Shown one piece after another: positions 56,746 through 64,000 of a DNA stretch of 64,000 nucleotides. The DNA comes from Adineta vaga (Eukaryota > Animalia > Rotifera). Made by a program: the position numbers and the translations under genes. The DNA lies in contig CP075493.1 in the NCBI GenBank assembly GCA_021613535.1, forward strand, positions 9,238,001 to 9,302,000, given 5' to 3'. Under the pieces are notes generated by a model. That model searched no databases, was not told the origin of the DNA, and saw nothing but the letters and a program-made list of their open reading frames with translations. Positions within the stretch are counted from its first letter, which is position 1; each line of letters begins with the position of its first letter.

Positions 56746-58970
56746 GATAAGAAAGTAATTGGAGTCAAATGTCGAATGTCGTTGAAAGGAAAGAAATAGA
56801 TATGTCCTGGTCTGGGTCTCGTCGTTTGTCAGAAACCGTCCAGAGTCAAGAAGTGAAAGTCCAAAGTCAATTAGTAGGAAATGTCGAATGTCGGAAAAAT
56901 GCTCAACTACATATCTTAAAAAAAAAGAAAGACAGAAGACTAATTTGAATTGACCAACCTGATAAATCGTTTTAAGATGGCAGTAATAGTATTAAATGGA
57001 AAATTTCACGTTTCTTCTTGTGTAATTTCAAAAAAAACAACAACAAGAAATAAATAAATGACGGAATAGACGATTAATAATACCTTTATACATATATAAT
57101 ATTGACCTTTTAATCTGCCAATCAGAAATCAATTGATAGATCCAATAATTACCTATAAACGGTGTTCTTCTCTTGCTCTTCTACTTACTCTGGTCTAGTC
57201 TTATTTGATGCAACCGTTTTATTTTGCAAGAAAAATAAATTGTTATTCGTCGTTTTTCGATAAAGTAAATAGTCATGAAATCAGACTTCGATTCGAACAA
57301 TGTTAGGAAGTTTATCTCTATTCTCATGATCGATTTAATTCACTCTAAACTTGATGTCAACTATCTGAATTTTTACTAATACAGAATAAGTATATACAGA
57401 AACAATGATTGATAAAAAAATCTTCTTATTAACTATCAAAGTCAAGTGGAAATTTCTTAACAACATTTGTTACCGTAATAGTTGCTGATTGAACTGAAGA
57501 TGATTTTACTTTGAAAATTTTATTTTACAGAATGAAACATTAAGCCATAATTTGATAGTTTAAATGATGAATAGTTCTCATTCGAATGTTAACAATAATC
57601 AACATTGTTTAACAAGATGTTTTTAATTATTCTCCTTATTCTCTATCATAATTATATTCAAGATTGTAATAAGTGTAGTTTGGAGTGTGATCGAAGATCA
57701 ACGATATGTTGCCATTGACATTCATAAAGATATTCATCAGCTAGATCTTCTAGCAAGTAATAGAGGAACAGCTAACCGATATAATTCGACTTCAGAATAT
57801 ATTAATCGCACAAAGTTTACAGTGTCTTAAAATAGATGGGATCTCAAGTAAATTGAATACAATGAAATATTCTTCTTATATGCACTTCTACTGGTGTTTG
57901 TGTATGTAATTTAGTTTGGTTGAATCAAACTGTTTCTCGGAAATAATCATCAACATTATAGTTAACTCGTTAACTGGTGGTCTCACATTTCGTGTATTAT
58001 ATTTAGCTGTACCACTAGATGTTCAATCAATAATGAATGATGTTGAATGGTATACTTAATTTGTTTAATAAAATTCAATGGTAATTTTTACGTTTGTTTT
58101 CTCTCCTCGATGTCACTATATACATATCTGAATATAAGTTCAAATAAATCTTAAACAAACCAAAAAAAAACAGTAACAAAAGAAAGGTGTTATAAGATCA
58201 TTTCATAGTTGTGAACAAACTACTTTCAAATTTGATAGTATGCGTGGGAAAAAGCAATTTTCTCCGTCGTTTCTCGAGAAAAAAGTCATCGTCTCGGGAG
58301 CCGTCACAAAAAATTAGTACGCATAACGATGAATGCTTTGCTTCTTTAACTTTGACTTTTAATTGAACATTTCTGTATAACACTTTGTTTGATACTGAAC
58401 TGAACTTTAAAATCTCATGCTGATGACGATATGATGTCCATTTCTGCTAAGATTCGTATAGTCTACAGCGACATCTATTCTTAATGTTTCGTAATCTAGT
58501 TTATTCTATTGATTATAAAGAAATCTTGATAAAAACTAATTAAAATTATTTATTAAGAAAAATTTATCTTTTATCTTAGTATTATTATCTAAGTAACAAA
58601 CTAGAAAGAGGATATCATTCGACAATAATGGTTAATAGGGGTCAGTTATCTATCTTACTCAAAAAAAAAAGGTACACAAAAGTATAGTTAAAGTCATGAA
58701 GAAACACGATGCTTTTTTCGAACACTTCCTCTAGACATTAAAAGTGTTCTCTCGATCTTATGTAAGTTAGAACATCGAAATTCTATCATAGATAATTATA
58801 TTCATTGCATGTGCGTGAGATCTTCTGCTTTCATACAATTTATAAATATATCGAGCTATCTTCACTTTTTGTCTTTGTTTATATAAGAAAAATAGAAATT
58901 TTAATTATAGATCTATTATTCTATTTCTCTGCTATTATTTTGGTTTGCCATTGTTAACGTTCGAATTCAT

Positions 58971-61313
<2,343 letters not shown>

Positions 61314-61382
61314 ACAAAATATTCTCCATCATGACTATAAGTTCATTCTGCTAGAAAAGACGATCTTTTTTGATCACTGTCT

Positions 61383-61428
61383 TTCTTCTTCTTCTTCTCC
61401 TTCTCCTTCTCCTTCTTCTTCTTCTTCT
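61383..61428. repeat. (CTT)n/(CTTCTC)n microsatellite in CK2 3' UTR
   Basis: Pyrimidine triplet run seen directly. Confidence 0.85.
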
Positions 61429-61770
61429 TTTTTTACTTTGTAGCAGTGTGAATGTTTAAAAAAAAGACATCGATACGTCTATATTGGATCAATGGAATAG
61501 GACATTTGCCATATGAAAATAGAAGCTGTTCATCTATGTTATATATATATATTTTTTTTCTTCAACGATCATTCATATGGATCTTCTGTGTTTGTTCTTC
61601 TTCTTTTCTCTAGTTCAAATGTTGCAAACAAACGTTTTTCTTTTTTCTTTTTCGTCTTCGTTTTCTTCTTCATCTTCTTTGAATATGCACCCAAAAAACT
61701 TATTCACATACCAACTAAACAAGAAATCTCGTGATTGTCTCAATTCTTTGTAGATTTAATTTTGGGAAAA

Positions 61771-63543
61771 ATGTCCAATGATCAAGATCAACATGAAACA
61801 CCACCAGATTTTGGTGTTGATGATGATAATACTAAAGTTGAAGATTCCTTATTTGTATCAGCCTTGTCACCTGTAGCTGTTGATGTATCTTTAAGTGATG
61901 GAGAAAACGATGATGATGATGATGAAAATCCATTTGGAGCAGCACCACCAGCGAGAGAAAAAACAGCAACAAATACAACGAATATCGTCGAAACATCTGT
62001 TGAGAATGAGCAAAATTTGTTTGAACCAGAGAAACCAGTAGTTAATCTTGATGAAGATGATGATATCTTTGGAGTAAAAACACCCAGTAATAATCAAACA
62101 TCAGTAGCAGCTGCTGCACCTTCACCAGTAACTGTTACAAAAACAGAATCATCACCACCAACGCCAATGAAACAAGAGAGTCCATTATTTTCAGTGGATA
62201 CAAGTGTAAATTCACCACCACCACCTGTACGATCAGTACCCTCGTATGATAGTCAGATTTCATCATCGACACCCATATCAAAAAGTGTACTTAGTGGAAC
62301 AGTTACAGCAACTCATACTGCTGCAAAACGCGGCAAAGATAATGATATTGAGATTACTGTTAGTGATCCAGCAAAAGTTGGAGATGTAAGTTTCATTTCT
62401 AATCTTTTCATTGAACTTCTATTTACCATTTGATAGGGCATGTCATCCTATATGACTTATCGTATAACAACAAAAACAACATTACCAGTATTTAAAAAAT
62501 CGGAATTTTCTGTTAATCGTCGTTTCAGTGATTTTCTTGGTTTACATACTAAACTTGTCAATAAACATATACAAGTAGGTATTTTTCTTCCATCGCCACC
62601 TGAAAAAGATACTTTATCAATGGCAAAAGTGAAAATATCCAAAGAAGAAGCTGTTCCAACAGATTTTATCGATCGTCGACGTGCTTTATTAGAACGTTAT
62701 TTAAATCGTTTAGTTCAACATCCAAAATTACTTGAAGATACTGATGTGCAAACATTTCTTGAATATTCAAATGATTTACCTAAATCAACAAGTACTCAAG
62801 CATTGAGTGGTGCTGGTGTTCTTCGTGCATTATCAAATATTTCCAATCAAGTAACAAAATTAACAACAAAAACTAGTGAACAAGATCAATGGTTCGAAGA
62901 AAGACATGGTTTTATACTTGATTTACATACACATTTAAAAAATTTATATAATCAATTCAATCATTTATTTTCTCAACGAAAAGAAGCTGGTCATGCATTG
63001 AAACATTTTTCTGCATCATTAAATCATTTAGCAACAACAGAAGAATATACATTATTATCCAGTGCTTTAATTGAATTAGCTAATCTCGAAGAGAAAATTG
63101 ATCAAATCAATAACGAACAAACATTCCAAGAATATTCGGTACTAACTGAATTAATTAAAGAATATGTTTCATTATTAGATATGGTTCAATTAGCATTTCA
63201 TGAACGTATTAAATCCCATCAGCAATGGTTACATGCTGAAGATATGTTAAAGAAAAAACGTGAAACGAAAACTAAATTAGAACAAAATCCTAAAAGTGCC
63301 GATAAACTTCCACAAGCTGAAATGGAAATCAATGAATGGGACGGTAAAGTTGTTCGTGGTAAAGAAGATTTTGAAAAAATATCATCAACAATCAAACAAG
63401 AAATGGAAGTATTCGAAGAGATTCGTTTAGATGATTTTAAGAAAGCATTCGATCAATATTTAAGAAATATTTTAGAACAACAAGAGAAAATCTTACAAAT
63501 CTGGGAAAGTTATCTACCTGAAGCAAATAAAATAAATATTTAA
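61771..63543 (+). CDS. SNX2: Sorting nexin 1/2 (PX-BAR, Vps5 family)
   Basis: Acidic low-complexity N-terminus, ITVSDPAKVGDGMSSY, RRFSDFLGLH, PSPPEK, RRALLERYL, BAR domain ending WESYLPEA; intron 62386-62436. SNX1 and SNX2 cannot be distinguished. Confidence 0.93.
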
Positions 63544-64000
63544 TTGCATTTTCTTAACATTCTATTAATTGTGATTGATTCTTTCGGTCTTTATTTTGCT
63601 TTTCTTTTTAACGTGCAATCTTTTTTCTTCCTTTTTTTTATACAATAATATTGCCGAGTCATATGCTACAGTGATTTTGTGAACGAAATGATTTTTTTAA
63701 TTTTATTTGTTTTTCTTTTGATACCAAAACAAAACATTTATTCTTGTTGATTCATTCCTTTTTTTTAATATGTTATTTAATAATAAACAAACGTGATGAT
63801 TTTTTTCTCTCTCTGTAGATAGATTACTTTATTGATTGATATAAGTTTTAAAGAGAGATTGAGTTTTACTTCAATGATTTTAGATTGAATTATGTTCTAA
63901 ATAGTTTTTTTTTCTTATTTATGTATAAAGTCTTGATACAAAATGACAAATACAGTTAATCACTAACGAGCTAAAATCTTGTTGTTCTAAGCCATACAAA

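Overview
AT-rich, gene-dense eukaryotic (metazoan) DNA with many ~55-65 nt GT-AG introns. Composition, intron size, divergent GPCRs and a bacterial-type gene suggest a bdelloid rotifer (inference, not verified). About 24 protein-coding genes are present. Conserved ones are a RhoGAP-START (DLC/STARD13-like) gene, an intermediate filament, NOC3L, UBR7, SDR39U1, AP1G1, a BTB-Kelch gene, CCDC85-like, SLC35F6, LRRC74-like, XPO1, CK2 alpha and SNX1/2. Lineage-specific ones include two GPCRs, a large C2H2 zinc-finger gene, a RING/TRAF/ZZ-like gene and several small ORFs. No rRNA, tRNA, CRISPR array or intact transposon was recognised. Most noteworthy: (1) four co-directional gene pairs with 180-460 bp gaps and apparently unpaired splice acceptors just before the downstream ATG, resembling SL-trans-spliced operons; (2) a bacterial DltE-like SDR, probably horizontally acquired, with a possible intron and eroded cofactor motifs; (3) a tandem pair of secreted, probably GPI-anchored stand-alone NtA-domain genes; (4) a putative spliced non-coding transcript and a pre-miRNA-sized hairpin upstream of the zinc-finger gene; (5) a 1-nt frameshift in the LRRC74-like gene. 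Gene models were spliced by eye and no database searches were run.
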